31,405 bases of DNA from a virus (Duplodnaviria; Caudoviricetes). Numbering within the stretch: position 1 is the first letter of the stretch; each line of letters opens with the position of its first letter. Below are positions 7,622 to 17,253 of the stretch, piece after piece. Location: positions 1-31,405 of the IMG/VR virus record IMGVR_UViG_3300033485_000059; one strand, given 5' to 3'. A program made the position numbers and the translations under genes. The notes below the pieces were generated by a model. It worked only from the letters and a program-made list of their open reading frames with translations, was not told the DNA's origin and ran no database searches.

Positions 7622-8472
7622 CGTCGATGGACTGGCTGACGTTCGGACCCGAGTGGCTGCGCGCCATCCCGTCCTCGACCCGGGCCGCCGCGCTGGAGGA
7701 GGCGACCGTCGTCAAGGACGGCACCGGGCGCACCGTCGAAGCGTTCGCGGCAGCGTTCGACGTGGAGGCCGTCGTGCGCGACTACGAGGGCGTCTACCGC
7801 GAGAGGCACAACCCCACCTCGTTCAACAGGTCCCTCGACGCCCGGCGGCCGAACAACAAGCGGCCCGGGTGGAACGTCGGCGTGTTCTACAACCATGCGC
7901 TGACGTTGCACGGGACTCCCTCGGAGCGCGGGTCGGTCCCCATCGGTGTCCCCTTGGAGATCCGGCCCGAACGTGTCGGCGACGTCCACGGCCTGCTCAC
8001 CGTCACCCGGTACGGCAACACCCCCCTCGCCGAGGAGGTTCTCGACGGGGTGCGGATCGGGGCCCTTCGTGGGCAGTCGTTCACCGGCCGGTTCGTGGAC
8101 TCGTCGCCCCGGCGGCCCCGGGGCGGCAAGTACTCCCCCGACCGGGACGGCAACCTCACCGTCGTCACCCGCCGGGTCACCGACCTCATCGAGTACGGGC
8201 TCACCCCGAGCCCCGTGTTTGAGGACGCGGCCGTCGTCGGGATGAGAACCGCGCAGATCATGGCGCAGATCGAAGGCCTGAGCGCCGATGCTGCCGAGGA
8301 GTTGATTGAGCTGCTCACCACCCGCTCCGGCGGCCAGGTAGCAGATGGCACCCCCACCGACGTGGGGCCAGCCGCCGAGGCCCAGCCCGAAGGGCACGCC
8401 CACCGGCAGTCGTCCACCGTCATGGAGTTCCTGCGCCTGCGGGGCTCCGCGAGACTCAAGGGAGTCATCTGA
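7612..8472 (+). CDS. HK97-type prohead (maturation) protease
   Basis: Likely start is ATG 7612 after AGGAGCAGGA. Motifs GRTVEAFAAAFD, VFYNH (His), LRGQSFTG (Ser) and LIEYGLTPSPVF; located between portal and capsid. Confidence 0.9.
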   Translation: MELTSMDWLTFGPEWLRAIPSSTRAAALEEATVVKDGTGRTVEAFAAAFDVEAVVRDYEGVYRERHNPTSFNRSLDARRPNNKRPGWNVGVFYNHALTLHGTPSERGSVPIGVPLEIRPERVGDVHGLLTVTRYGNTPLAEEVLDGVRIGALRGQSFTGRFVDSSPRRPRGGKYSPDRDGNLTVVTRRVTDLIEYGLTPSPVFEDAAVVGMRTAQIMAQIEGLSADAAEELIELLTTRSGGQVADGTPTDVGPAAEAQPEGHAHRQSSTVMEFLRLRGSARLKGVI

Positions 8473-9872
8473 TGAACCCTCGACTCACCACGCTGCTGGA
8501 GCAGGTCGAGTCCCACCGTGCGGTCGTCAAGGAGATCGACGCCGTGCCTGCCGAGGACGTCACCGACGAGCAGGTCGCCTCGTACCGGGCCGCGCTCGAC
8601 GCCCTCGACGTCCTCATCCCCGAGGTCGAGGCCGAGCAGGCCTACGAGGCGAAGCGCGCCAAGGCCCTCGCGTTCGTCGCGCCGCAGTCCCGGGCGTTCG
8701 GCTCGCCGGACCTCGTCGTGAACAACGACCTCGACCCGTTCGCCGACATGCAGTCGATCCGCGCCGGGCTGCTCTCCCCGACCGACCTCCGGTCCCGGGC
8801 CCTGAAGGCCATCGAGGCCTCGCCGGAGGAGCACTTCACCGACGCGCAGCGTGAGCGCGTCACCCGGCTCACCGAGGTCGGCGACCCGGGCGGCCGGTCC
8901 CCGGCCAAGATGGGCCGCCACATCCTGATGACCGGGTCCCGCTCCTACCATGAGGAGTTTGAGGACTACGTCCGCACCGGCTACGTCGGGGAGTCCCTGC
9001 GTGCCGCGATGAGCCTCACCGACGGGAACGGTGGCTACCTCGTCCCGTTCACCCTGGACCCGACCGTCATCCTGACCAACGCCGGGACGATCAACCCCTA
9101 CCGGCAGGTCTGCGACGTCAAGACGATCACCACCGACGTCTGGCACGGCGTGAGCTCGGCCGGTGTCACCGCCGCGTTCGCAGCGGAGGCCGCTGAGGCT
9201 GGCGACAACAGCCCCACCTTCTCCGGCCCGTCGATCACCCCGCTCCGCGCCCACGCCTGGGTGCAGGGCAGCTTTGAGGTGATCAACGACGCGAACATGG
9301 GGCCCGAGATCGCCCGGCTGTTCGCGGACGCCAAGGACCGCCTGGAGGCGGCCAAGTTCACGACCGGCGCGACCGGGTCGACCGAGCCCAACGGTGTCAT
9401 CACCGCGCTGGTCGCCGGGTCGAAGATCACCACGTCGATCACGACCGACACGTTCGCCATCGCCGACGTCTTCGCCCTCAAGAACGCCGTCACCGCCCGG
9501 CACCGCACCCGCCTGGTGTGGCTCGGGAACCCGGCGATCTTGGACAAGGTGCGCCAGTTCGACACTGGTGGGGGAGGGGGCTTCTGGACGGACCTCGGTG
9601 CCTCCCTGCCGAGCCAGCTCATCGGCCGCCCGGTGTACGAGGTCGAGGACATGGACGGGGTCATCGGAGCCGGTGCGGACAACTACGTCCTCGTCGCCTT
9701 CAACCCCGCGACGTACTCCATCGTGGACCGGGTCGGCATGTCGGTGCTCTACGACCCGCTGGTCAAGGGCAGCAACCGTCGGCCCACTGGTGAGGCCGGT
9801 TGGTACTGCTTCTGGCGCGTGGGTGCGGACTTCACCGACGTGACCGGCGGCCGGGTCCTCAACGTGACCTGA
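8472..9872 (+). CDS. HK97-fold major capsid protein with N-terminal delta/scaffold domain
   Basis: Coiled-coil N-terminus, then RAAMSLTDGNGGYLVP, AFAAE, TG...EPNGVI, LIGRPVYE, Y.IVDRVGM and WRVGAD. Confidence 0.95.
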   Translation: MNPRLTTLLEQVESHRAVVKEIDAVPAEDVTDEQVASYRAALDALDVLIPEVEAEQAYEAKRAKALAFVAPQSRAFGSPDLVVNNDLDPFADMQSIRAGLLSPTDLRSRALKAIEASPEEHFTDAQRERVTRLTEVGDPGGRSPAKMGRHILMTGSRSYHEEFEDYVRTGYVGESLRAAMSLTDGNGGYLVPFTLDPTVILTNAGTINPYRQVCDVKTITTDVWHGVSSAGVTAAFAAEAAEAGDNSPTFSGPSITPLRAHAWVQGSFEVINDANMGPEIARLFADAKDRLEAAKFTTGATGSTEPNGVITALVAGSKITTSITTDTFAIADVFALKNAVTARHRTRLVWLGNPAILDKVRQFDTGGGGGFWTDLGASLPSQLIGRPVYEVEDMDGVIGAGADNYVLVAFNPATYSIVDRVGMSVLYDPLVKGSNRRPTGEAGWYCFWRVGADFTDVTGGRVLNVT

Positions 9873-9880
9873 GCCTCCTA

Positions 9881-9917
9881 GGTGGTCCCCGCCCCTCCCC
9901 CCGGGGCGGGGACCACC
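9881..9917 (+). terminator. perfect 15-bp stem-loop after the capsid gene (putative terminator or RNA stabiliser)
   Basis: GGTGGTCCCCGCCCC (9881-9895) pairs with GGGGCGGGGACCACC (9903-9917); 7-nt loop; no U-tract. Confidence 0.7.
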
Positions 9918-9949
9918 GCGAGGCCGATGCGACCACTGTGAGGAGCACC

Positions 9950-10183
9950 ATGCCGAAGCTGAAGGCTCGGGAGACCGTCTTTCTCCCCAACGAGAGGGTC
10001 ATCCCGGCCGGTGCGCTGGTCGACCCGAAGGACCCGGTCGTGGCCGGGCGAGAGCACCTGTTCTGCCCCGAGGACACCGTCGTCGGGTTCAAGTCGTTCG
10101 GCCCCGAGCCGACGCCCCCGCCCCCCCCGGCTGCGTCCCACCGTCGAGCCGCAGCGAAGACCCCTGGAGGTCTGAATGGCTGA
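9950..10183 (+). CDS. small head-associated hypothetical protein (77 aa)
   Basis: AGGAG RBS, ATG 9950 within ORF 9800..10183. G.LVD..DPVV.GREHLF motif is typical of the small gene following actinophage capsid genes. Confidence 0.7.
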   Translation: MPKLKARETVFLPNERVIPAGALVDPKDPVVAGREHLFCPEDTVVGFKSFGPEPTPPPPPAASHRRAAAKTPGGLNG

Positions 10184-10658
10184 CATCGTCTTCAACATCG
10201 CGAAGGGGAGGGTGGCTGAGCTGGTCGGCCGGGTCGACGCGAACGACCCCGCCAACGCGGTGCTCGTCATCGTCCCGGTGGACGTCGGTGCGACCACCGA
10301 CGCGACCATCAAGGACTTCGACACCCTCGCCGCGTGCCTGGCTGGTGGATGCACCGAGAGGTCGACCGGCGGCTGGGGTCGCAAGACCCTCACCGACTCC
10401 GACATCGCGATCACCTGGGGGTCGACCCCAACGCCGGACGACACCAACGACCGGATGGACATCGACATCCCCGACCAGACCTGGACGACGGTCACGGCGG
10501 GTGCGGTCACCGACCTCATCATCTGCTACGACAGCGACTCCACGGGCGGCACCGATTCCAACATCATTCCCCTGACCCTGCACGACTTTGCGATCACACC
10601 GGACGGGTCCGACGTCGTCGCCGTCATCAACGCCAGCGGGTTCTTCCGAGCCTCCTAG
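10176..10658 (+). CDS. virion structural protein, putative head-spike or fibre base
   Basis: GGAGGT RBS; 160-aa beta-rich D/T-rich protein; pattern similarity to 20558..21007; precedes the large fibre gene. Confidence 0.65.
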   Translation: MADIVFNIAKGRVAELVGRVDANDPANAVLVIVPVDVGATTDATIKDFDTLAACLAGGCTERSTGGWGRKTLTDSDIAITWGSTPTPDDTNDRMDIDIPDQTWTTVTAGAVTDLIICYDSDSTGGTDSNIIPLTLHDFAITPDGSDVVAVINASGFFRAS

Positions 10659-10660
10659 AC

Positions 10661-10695
10661 GTGACGGGGGGCCGGACCGATCCGGCCCCCCGCAC
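10661..10695 (+). terminator. GC-rich stem-loop (putative terminator or attenuator)
   Basis: CGGGGGGCCGGA (10665-10676) pairs with TCCGGCCCCCCG (10681-10692); CCGA loop; extends through GTG/CAC. Confidence 0.65.
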
Positions 10696-10717
10696 TGACG
10701 CCGTGAGGAGGTGAGCC

Positions 10718-13700
10718 GTGGTCCTGCCGATCTCCTACGTCGGGACCTCGACTCAGGCCACCTCGACCGGGTCCCCGCTGACCTGCAACCTGCCCAGCGG
10801 GTACACCACCGACGACCTGCTTATCGCGGTCATCACGACCCGCGAGGACTCACCGACCCCAGTCCACGGGATCACCACCTCCAGCGTGTCGTGGACCCAG
10901 ATCGGGTCGACCCAGTTCCTCGACCTCGGGACCACCGGCATCGCCCAGTCGGTGTGGTATCGCTGGGCCGCGAGCGGGTCCGAGACCGCGCCGTCCGCGT
11001 CCTGCCCCACCCCCAACGTCCTCGCCGTCACCATCTCCGCGTTCCGCAACGTCGACAAGACCACCCCCCTCGACGGCGTCACGGTCCAGGGTGGGACCGC
11101 AGCAGCAGCCGCGACTCTCCAGCCCAACGGCGGGACCGGGATCACCACCACGACCAACGGTGCCTGGGTCGTCTCGGTCGTCTCCACCTCCGACGACAAC
11201 GCTCTGAACCTGAGCACTGCCAACGGGTTCACCCTCCAGTACGGCGGGACGTCCTACGACACGACCGACGGCGGTGACTGCGCCCAGGCCCTGGCGACGA
11301 TCCTCAAGAGCACCGCCGGGAACCAGACCGCCCCGACCTTCAACCAGAGCACCAACGGGGACGACTCCTGGGCCTGGAGCAACTTCGTCCTCAAGCCGAG
11401 GCCCGGCCTGTCTGGGGACATCGGCCAGGTCACCGAGACCGACACGGTCCAGGCCGTCGGCCGGGTCAAGCGGAAGCCGGTCGGGGTCGCCGGGCCCCAG
11501 GATGTCCCCTTCACCTCGACGTTCGCCAGTGGGATCGAGGGCTGGAAGTCCTACGTCGTCGGCTCGGGCGGGTCCTTCGCCTGGACTGACAGCGACGGGC
11601 ACGACTCCACCGGGTGCCTCACCGTCACCACCGGGTCCGACGGCTGGGGGGTCCACTACGAGTACCTGTACAGCATCACTCCCGGTGAGGCCCTGGTCGC
11701 GACAGCCTGGGTCAAGGGCACGACCGGGAAGACTCACCGGCTCTACCTCCAGTTTGAGGACTCCACTGGCACTATCGTCGGCGGGGACTTTTACGACACC
11801 CGGGCCGCATCGACTGGGGTGTGGCAGTCGCTCACGGCCTACTGCTCGTCGGTCCCTGCGACGGCGGTCAAGTGCAGGCTGATCGTCCAAAACTCCGCCC
11901 CATCCGCGAACACCTTCCTGGTGGACGACGTCCGGCTGCGCCGCAACGGGGCGAGCAACCCAACCTTCGACTCCAACATCACCGGGTGGGACGCCAAGGG
12001 GGGCGCGACCCTCGCCCAGGAGACGACCACGGTCCGCACCGGGGGCGGTGCCATCAAGGTGACCGCCCCGGCGTCGGCCAACCAAGTGGGCTTCGGCCAG
12101 GACTGCGGTGCGTTCACCGAGGGAGTCAAGTACCAGGGTTCGGCCTGGGTCAGGAGCGGCACCTACACCGGCACCGTCGACGCCAGCCTTGAGGCCTACA
12201 CCTCGGGGTGGGGCCTCATCTCGTCCGCGAGGTCGGGCGCGGTCCAGCCGAACGGGACCGGGTGGACCGAGGTCGCCACGCCCGTCTTCACCATCCCGGC
12301 CAACTGTGCTCACCTCGTCTTCCAGATCGACTCCCGGGAGGTGGTCCCCGGGTCTGGGACCACCTACTTCGCAGACGACGTCTGGCGCACCATCGTCTCC
12401 GACGCGCAGGGCGACGTGGCGCTGGCCGCGACCCGGCAGAAGCGGAAGACCCTAGGCGTAGCAACAGAAACCGACACCGCGCAGGCCATCACCAGCCCCT
12501 CCAGCGGGACCCCGGTCGCGCAGGCATCCGAGTCGGACACGGCGCAGGCCGTCGGCCGGGTCAAGCGGAAGACCCTCGGGATCGCGACGTCGGGATCGCA
12601 GCAGGCCGAGCAGTGGGTGGTGACCGGGCGCTTCCAGGGTGTTTCGTCCGCCAGGTCGGCCCCCTGGGTGTCGAACACGTTCACCCCCGCCGCCAACTCT
12701 CTCCTCGTCGTGGTCACCGGGTGCGAGACGGACGGCAACGACGTCGACCCCGCGCTCGACACCTCGATCATCACTGACTCTGCCGGGCTGACCTGGACCC
12801 GCCGCGCCACGACCGGGGTCCTCGACAACGGTGACAACTGGCAGGGCGGCGGTTCGGTGTTCACCGCCCCGGTCGGTGCCAACCCGACCTCGATGACGGT
12901 CACCATCGACTTCCACCCGTCGTCGGGCTCCCTCTCGTTCTACCCGGGCATGGCGGTCTTCGACATCACCGGGCACGACTCCACCACCCCGTTCCCCCAG
13001 GTGGTCGCCGTCGCGGCAGACAAGTGGCCCGGTGGCAACAGTTCCGCCTCGCTGTCCCCGACCCTCGGGAGCACCCCCACCTCGGGGAACCTGCTGTTGC
13101 TGATCGGATGGGCCGAGAACGACGCCTTCGGCACCTTCACCGGGCCGGGCGCTGGTTGGACCGAGTTGTACAACAACGGGTCCTCGTTCTCCCACACCGG
13201 GGTCTGGTATCGCAGTGACTCCACCGCGACCAGCGCGACGGTCAGCGACCTCGGGCAGAGCGTGTTCTACGGCGGGGTGTTCCTGGCCGAGATCACCAAC
13301 GCTGTCACGGGCGGGGCCGGGGACCAGGCCCAGCCGGTCACCCGACGCCACAGTCGGACCCTAGGCCAGGCAACCGAGACCGACCTCGCGCAGACCATCC
13401 TCAAGGGTGGTGGCACCGCCGTCGGCCTGGTCACCGAGACCGACACGGCGCAGGCCATCGGCAAGCGCAAGAGCAAGGCCGTCGGGCTGGTCACAGAGAC
13501 CGACGAGGCCCAGCGGGTCGGCAAGGGCAAGCGGACCGGACTCTCGACCGAAACCGACACCGCGCAGACCCTCACCCACACCAAGCGCCGGGCCGTCGGC
13601 CAAGCAGCCGAGACCGACGCTGCTCAGACCTTCGCCCACACCAAGCGCAAGGCCGTCGGCCAGGCGACCGAGACTGACCTCGCGCAGACCACCGGCAAGC

Positions 13701-14725
13701 GCCGGGCCTACGCCGTCGGTCTCGCGACCGAGACCGACGACGCCCTATCGGTCACCCGCCCGTCCGGTCTGGGACTCGTCACCGAGACCGACCTCGCGCA
13801 GACCATTGGACGGCGCAAGTCCAAGGCCGTGGGCCAGGCCGCTGAGACCGACACCGCCCAGACCACCAGCAAGGGCAGGGCCAAGGCCGTCGGGCCCGTG
13901 GCCGAGACCGACCTCGCGCAGGCGGTCGGCCGCCGCAAGTCCAAGGCCGTGGGCCAGGTCTCCGAGACCGACGCGGCGCTGGCGCTCGCCAAGCGCAAGG
14001 CCGTCGGCCTGGTCGCCGAGACCGATGCCGCTCAGACCGCTGGGCGGCGCAAGCGCAAGGCCGTCGGCCTGGTCGCCGAGACCGATGCCGCTCAGACGCT
14101 CACGCACACCAAGCGCAAGACGGTCGGCCAGGCCGCCGAGACCGATGCCGCGCTCACGGTCCTCAAGGGTGCCGGGCAGTACCCGGTCGGCCAGACCACC
14201 GAGACCGACACCGCGCAGCCGGTCGGGCGGCGCAAGCGCAAGGCCGTCGGCCTGGTCACCGAGACCGACGCGAGCCTCACGGCCACCCGGTCCAGTCGGC
14301 GCACCCTCGGCCTGCCCTCCGAGACCGACACCGCGCAGACCATCGGACGGCGCAAGCGGCAGCCGGTCGGCCTCGCGACCGAGACCGACCTCGCCCAGAC
14401 GGTCGGGAAGGCGGCCCGGCAGATCGCGGTCGGCCAGGCCTCGGAGACCGGGACAGCTCTGGCGGTGGCGAAGGTCAAGCGCCACGCGGTCGAGGTCACC
14501 ACCGAGTCCGACGTCGTGCTCGCGGTCGGCCGGGTCAAGCGGATGGCCGTCGGTCTGGCGGTCGAAACGGACTCCGCGCTCGACATCACCGCCAAGCCGA
14601 CCTTCGGCAACCTGCACGGGGTCGAGAGATCGCTGGCCGGTGTGCGGGGCAAGGCCCGGGCGGGGTCGAGTCTCGCGCCGAGGATCAAGGCAGGGCCGAC
14701 CCTGACCGGCCGGTCCATCATCTAG
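10718..14725 (+). CDS. large fibre/spike protein with carbohydrate-binding-like beta-sandwich domains and ~20-aa ETD repeats
   Basis: AGGAGGT RBS; 1335 aa, rich in T/S/G. Two CBM4/9-like modules (F...IEGW...VDDVRL; NPTFDSNITGW...YFADDV) and a long VGxxxETDxAQxxGRRKxK repeat tract. Confidence 0.7.
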   Translation: MVLPISYVGTSTQATSTGSPLTCNLPSGYTTDDLLIAVITTREDSPTPVHGITTSSVSWTQIGSTQFLDLGTTGIAQSVWYRWAASGSETAPSASCPTPNVLAVTISAFRNVDKTTPLDGVTVQGGTAAAAATLQPNGGTGITTTTNGAWVVSVVSTSDDNALNLSTANGFTLQYGGTSYDTTDGGDCAQALATILKSTAGNQTAPTFNQSTNGDDSWAWSNFVLKPRPGLSGDIGQVTETDTVQAVGRVKRKPVGVAGPQDVPFTSTFASGIEGWKSYVVGSGGSFAWTDSDGHDSTGCLTVTTGSDGWGVHYEYLYSITPGEALVATAWVKGTTGKTHRLYLQFEDSTGTIVGGDFYDTRAASTGVWQSLTAYCSSVPATAVKCRLIVQNSAPSANTFLVDDVRLRRNGASNPTFDSNITGWDAKGGATLAQETTTVRTGGGAIKVTAPASANQVGFGQDCGAFTEGVKYQGSAWVRSGTYTGTVDASLEAYTSGWGLISSARSGAVQPNGTGWTEVATPVFTIPANCAHLVFQIDSREVVPGSGTTYFADDVWRTIVSDAQGDVALAATRQKRKTLGVATETDTAQAITSPSSGTPVAQASESDTAQAVGRVKRKTLGIATSGSQQAEQWVVTGRFQGVSSARSAPWVSNTFTPAANSLLVVVTGCETDGNDVDPALDTSIITDSAGLTWTRRATTGVLDNGDNWQGGGSVFTAPVGANPTSMTVTIDFHPSSGSLSFYPGMAVFDITGHDSTTPFPQVVAVAADKWPGGNSSASLSPTLGSTPTSGNLLLLIGWAENDAFGTFTGPGAGWTELYNNGSSFSHTGVWYRSDSTATSATVSDLGQSVFYGGVFLAEITNAVTGGAGDQAQPVTRRHSRTLGQATETDLAQTILKGGGTAVGLVTETDTAQAIGKRKSKAVGLVTETDEAQRVGKGKRTGLSTETDTAQTLTHTKRRAVGQAAETDAAQTFAHTKRKAVGQATETDLAQTTGKRRAYAVGLATETDDALSVTRPSGLGLVTETDLAQTIGRRKSKAVGQAAETDTAQTTSKGRAKAVGPVAETDLAQAVGRRKSKAVGQVSETDAALALAKRKAVGLVAETDAAQTAGRRKRKAVGLVAETDAAQTLTHTKRKTVGQAAETDAALTVLKGAGQYPVGQTTETDTAQPVGRRKRKAVGLVTETDASLTATRSSRRTLGLPSETDTAQTIGRRKRQPVGLATETDLAQTVGKAARQIAVGQASETGTALAVAKVKRHAVEVTTESDVVLAVGRVKRMAVGLAVETDSALDITAKPTFGNLHGVERSLAGVRGKARAGSSLAPRIKAGPTLTGRSII
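13361..14598 (+). repeat. coding tandem repeat, about 21 copies of ~60 nt (VG-x-x-x-ETD-x-AQ-x-x-G-[RK]-[RK]-K-x-K-A)
   Basis: Counted from the translation. Includes a 48-nt exact duplicate at 13990-14037 and 14050-14097. Further copies occur at about 11420-11491 and 12410-12589. Confidence 0.9.
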
Positions 14726-14735
14726 GGAGGCGCGT

Positions 14736-15563
14736 GTGTGGGACCTCGGGGATGTCGTCCCCCTCGGGTTGACGATCCGAGACTCTGTCGGCGCGCTCGC
14801 CAACGGCGGCACGGTGAAGATCACCATCACCGCGCCGGACGGCTCGGTCGCCGTCAACGCCGTCACCGTCACCCCGACGACGACCGGCACCTACGGCTAC
14901 GACTTCACCCCGACCCTGCCCGGGCGGCACCAGGCCCGGTGGGTGAGCACCGGGGCGAACGCCGGGGCGTGGGCCGAGGCGTTCGTCGTCGCACCGGCAG
15001 ATGATCTCGCGTTCGTGTCCCTGTGGGACGCCAAGGCCAGGCTCGGCATCGAGCAGACCGACACCACCCACGACGAGGAGCTGCGCCCGTTCATCGCCAC
15101 GATGTGCGCCGTCGTGGAGGGCATCGTCGGGCCGGTGTCCCGCCGGTCGGTCACCGAGACCCACGACGGGACGGCGATGATCCTGCTCCGGTCGTGGCCG
15201 GTCGTGTCGGTCACCCAGGTCGCCGAGAACGGCACCGTCCTCACCTCCGACGCCTACGCCGTCACCGACACCGGGCTGCTGCGCCGCAAGCGGTCCGCGT
15301 ACAAGGCCGGGCAGTGGACCGAAGGCGACGACAACATCACCGTGACCTACGTCGCCGGTCGGACACAGGTGCCGGTCGAGGCGCATGAGGCGGCGCTGGA
15401 GCTCCTCCGGCTCCACTACCGGCCGCAGGTCGCCGGGGCGCTCCACCCCTTCGCTGAGGCCGAGTCCTACGGGCAGGGCCAGTCGGTCCTCGGCTACCTC
15501 GTCCCCTACAAGGTCATGGATCAGCTACGGGCCCTCGGCCGGGCCGACACCGGGGTCGCCTGA
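14736..15563 (+). CDS. head-tail connector/adaptor with an extra N-terminal beta-sandwich domain
   Basis: GGAGG RBS. N-terminal GDVV.L...ITAPDG...TGTY.YDFTPT..GRH..RW domain, then an adaptor-like FVSL.DAKARLGI...DEELR.FI...VTYVAGR...P region. Confidence 0.75.
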   Translation: MWDLGDVVPLGLTIRDSVGALANGGTVKITITAPDGSVAVNAVTVTPTTTGTYGYDFTPTLPGRHQARWVSTGANAGAWAEAFVVAPADDLAFVSLWDAKARLGIEQTDTTHDEELRPFIATMCAVVEGIVGPVSRRSVTETHDGTAMILLRSWPVVSVTQVAENGTVLTSDAYAVTDTGLLRRKRSAYKAGQWTEGDDNITVTYVAGRTQVPVEAHEAALELLRLHYRPQVAGALHPFAEAESYGQGQSVLGYLVPYKVMDQLRALGRADTGVA

Positions 15564-16048
15564 TGATGCCCTCGATCCCGGCCGCCATCGACTGGCTGGT
15601 CACCAACATCGGGGCGCTCACCGTCAGCGAGGTCGGGGACTTCGCGGTCGCCGACGGCATCCCCACCCAGGCCGACACCTTGGTATGCATCGGGATCACC
15701 CCCGACACCGAGTCGACCGACGCGACGACCGAGTGGATGTTCATCGGGCTCCAGGGCATGTCCGAGACGTACAGCATCCCCTGCACCCTGTGGGCGACCA
15801 CGGGGGGCACCGGGCAGAAGACCGTCAGAGATCGCGCCTTCGCCCTGTTCTCGGCGATCTTCGACCTCGTCAACGCCCACCCCGGGCTCGACACCGCCGG
15901 GGTCGACCTGCTGCCGTCCGGCTCGGCCAGGGTCACCGACATCCGGCTCCTCCAGACCACCGTCACCGAGGCCGGGGAGGGCCGGGTCGCCGAGATCCGG
16001 TTCAACGTCAACGTCACCAACCGGATCACCTCACTCCAGGGAGATTGA
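15563..16048 (+). CDS. putative tail terminator or head-tail joining protein
   Basis: Position between adaptor and tail tube; 161 aa; ETYSIPC.LW...G......RDRAF.LF pattern. Confidence 0.6.
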   Translation: MMPSIPAAIDWLVTNIGALTVSEVGDFAVADGIPTQADTLVCIGITPDTESTDATTEWMFIGLQGMSETYSIPCTLWATTGGTGQKTVRDRAFALFSAIFDLVNAHPGLDTAGVDLLPSGSARVTDIRLLQTTVTEAGEGRVAEIRFNVNVTNRITSLQGD

Positions 16049-16050
16049 CC

Positions 16051-16221
16051 GTGCGAGTCCGCAACATCACCGACCAGCCACTGATGGTCCCGGCCCTCGG
16101 CGGCCGGGTCGTCCAGCCCGACGAGGTTGTGGAGGTCCCCAAGGACGGCGAGGCGCTTGTTTGGCCCGATGTCACATGGGAGACCCTCGGCGGCCCCGCC
16201 GACGGCGACGAGGAGGAGTAG
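16051..16221 (+). CDS. small hypothetical protein preceding the tail tube (56 aa)
   Basis: GGGAG RBS, GTG 16051 in the frame of ORF 15385..16221; MRVRNIT...GRVVQPDEVVEVP. Confidence 0.65.
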   Translation: MRVRNITDQPLMVPALGGRVVQPDEVVEVPKDGEALVWPDVTWETLGGPADGDEEE

Positions 16222-16224
16222 GAC

Positions 16225-17253
16225 ATGGGAGCGACCGGCCTGTTCGGCCAGTGGGGTTGGGGTGTCGAGTCGACCCCGGGGACCGCCGTCACCGTCAACA
16301 AGTTCTGCGAGATCGAGTCGGCCAACTACGACGTCGAGAAGCAGGTCGTCCAGGGCAAGGGCATCAAGGCGGGGCAGACCGTCCCACTGTCCGGCCGCCG
16401 GTACTCCGGCGGCACCGCCTACACCGGCAAGGTCAAGGTGCCGGTGACGACCCTCGGTCTCGGCCAGCTCTTCAGGTGGGCGATGGGGTCGTCCGCGACG
16501 GCCGTCGTCCTCGGCGGCACCGCCTACGAACAGGTGCATCAGCCCGGCGACCTTGAGGGCACCGGGCACGCGACGACCCAGCAGGTCGTGGTGCCAAGCC
16601 CGGCCGGGGACAAGACCTACACCTACGCCGGGTGCAAGTCGGCCGGGTTCACCCTGGCGTGCGAGACGACCGGGTTCGCGACCATCGAGGTCGACGTGGA
16701 CGCGATGTCCGAGTCCACCATCACCGCCAAGGCGTCGGCGTCCTACACGCAGGGCGACCTGTTCCTCGGCCGTCAGCTCGGCTGCAAGCTCGGCGGCACC
16801 GTCACGACCGGCAGCGGCAAGATGGCGGTCTCGGGTAACGCCAACTTCGACGGCGTGACCGGGTTCTCGCTGGAGTGCCCCAACCCGCTGAACACCGAGC
16901 GGTACTACGCCAACGCCTCGGGGACCCGCGCCGCCGCGCTGCTCAACGACTTCCGCGAGTGGTCGATCACCCTTGAGCGCGACTTCGTGGACGACACGCA
17001 GTACAGCAACTTCACGGGCGACACCGCCGTCCCGGTCTACCTGCTGTTCACGGGAGCGGCGATCAGCGGCGGCACCGGGGATGGCACCAACTTCAAGCTG
17101 GAGATCATCCTCCCGGCCGTCAAGTGGGACCAGGCACCGCACCCCCTCGACGGGCCGGACCTCCAGAAGCAGTCCCTGAAGGGCACGATCCTCCACGACA
17201 GCACCAACGGGTTCCTGCAGCTCCGCTACGTCAACACCGAGACCACGATCTGA
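16225..17253 (+). CDS. major tail (tube) protein
   Basis: GQWGWGVESTPGTAV N-terminus, YTYAGCK and KLEIILPAVK motifs; upstream of the chaperone and tape measure genes. Confidence 0.85.
   Translation: MGATGLFGQWGWGVESTPGTAVTVNKFCEIESANYDVEKQVVQGKGIKAGQTVPLSGRRYSGGTAYTGKVKVPVTTLGLGQLFRWAMGSSATAVVLGGTAYEQVHQPGDLEGTGHATTQQVVVPSPAGDKTYTYAGCKSAGFTLACETTGFATIEVDVDAMSESTITAKASASYTQGDLFLGRQLGCKLGGTVTTGSGKMAVSGNANFDGVTGFSLECPNPLNTERYYANASGTRAAALLNDFREWSITLERDFVDDTQYSNFTGDTAVPVYLLFTGAAISGGTGDGTNFKLEIILPAVKWDQAPHPLDGPDLQKQSLKGTILHDSTNGFLQLRYVNTETTI

Noticed and set aside
13361-14598. 60-nt periodic repeats as a CRISPR array
   Set aside because: They are in-frame coding repeats with synonymous variation and no unique spacers.
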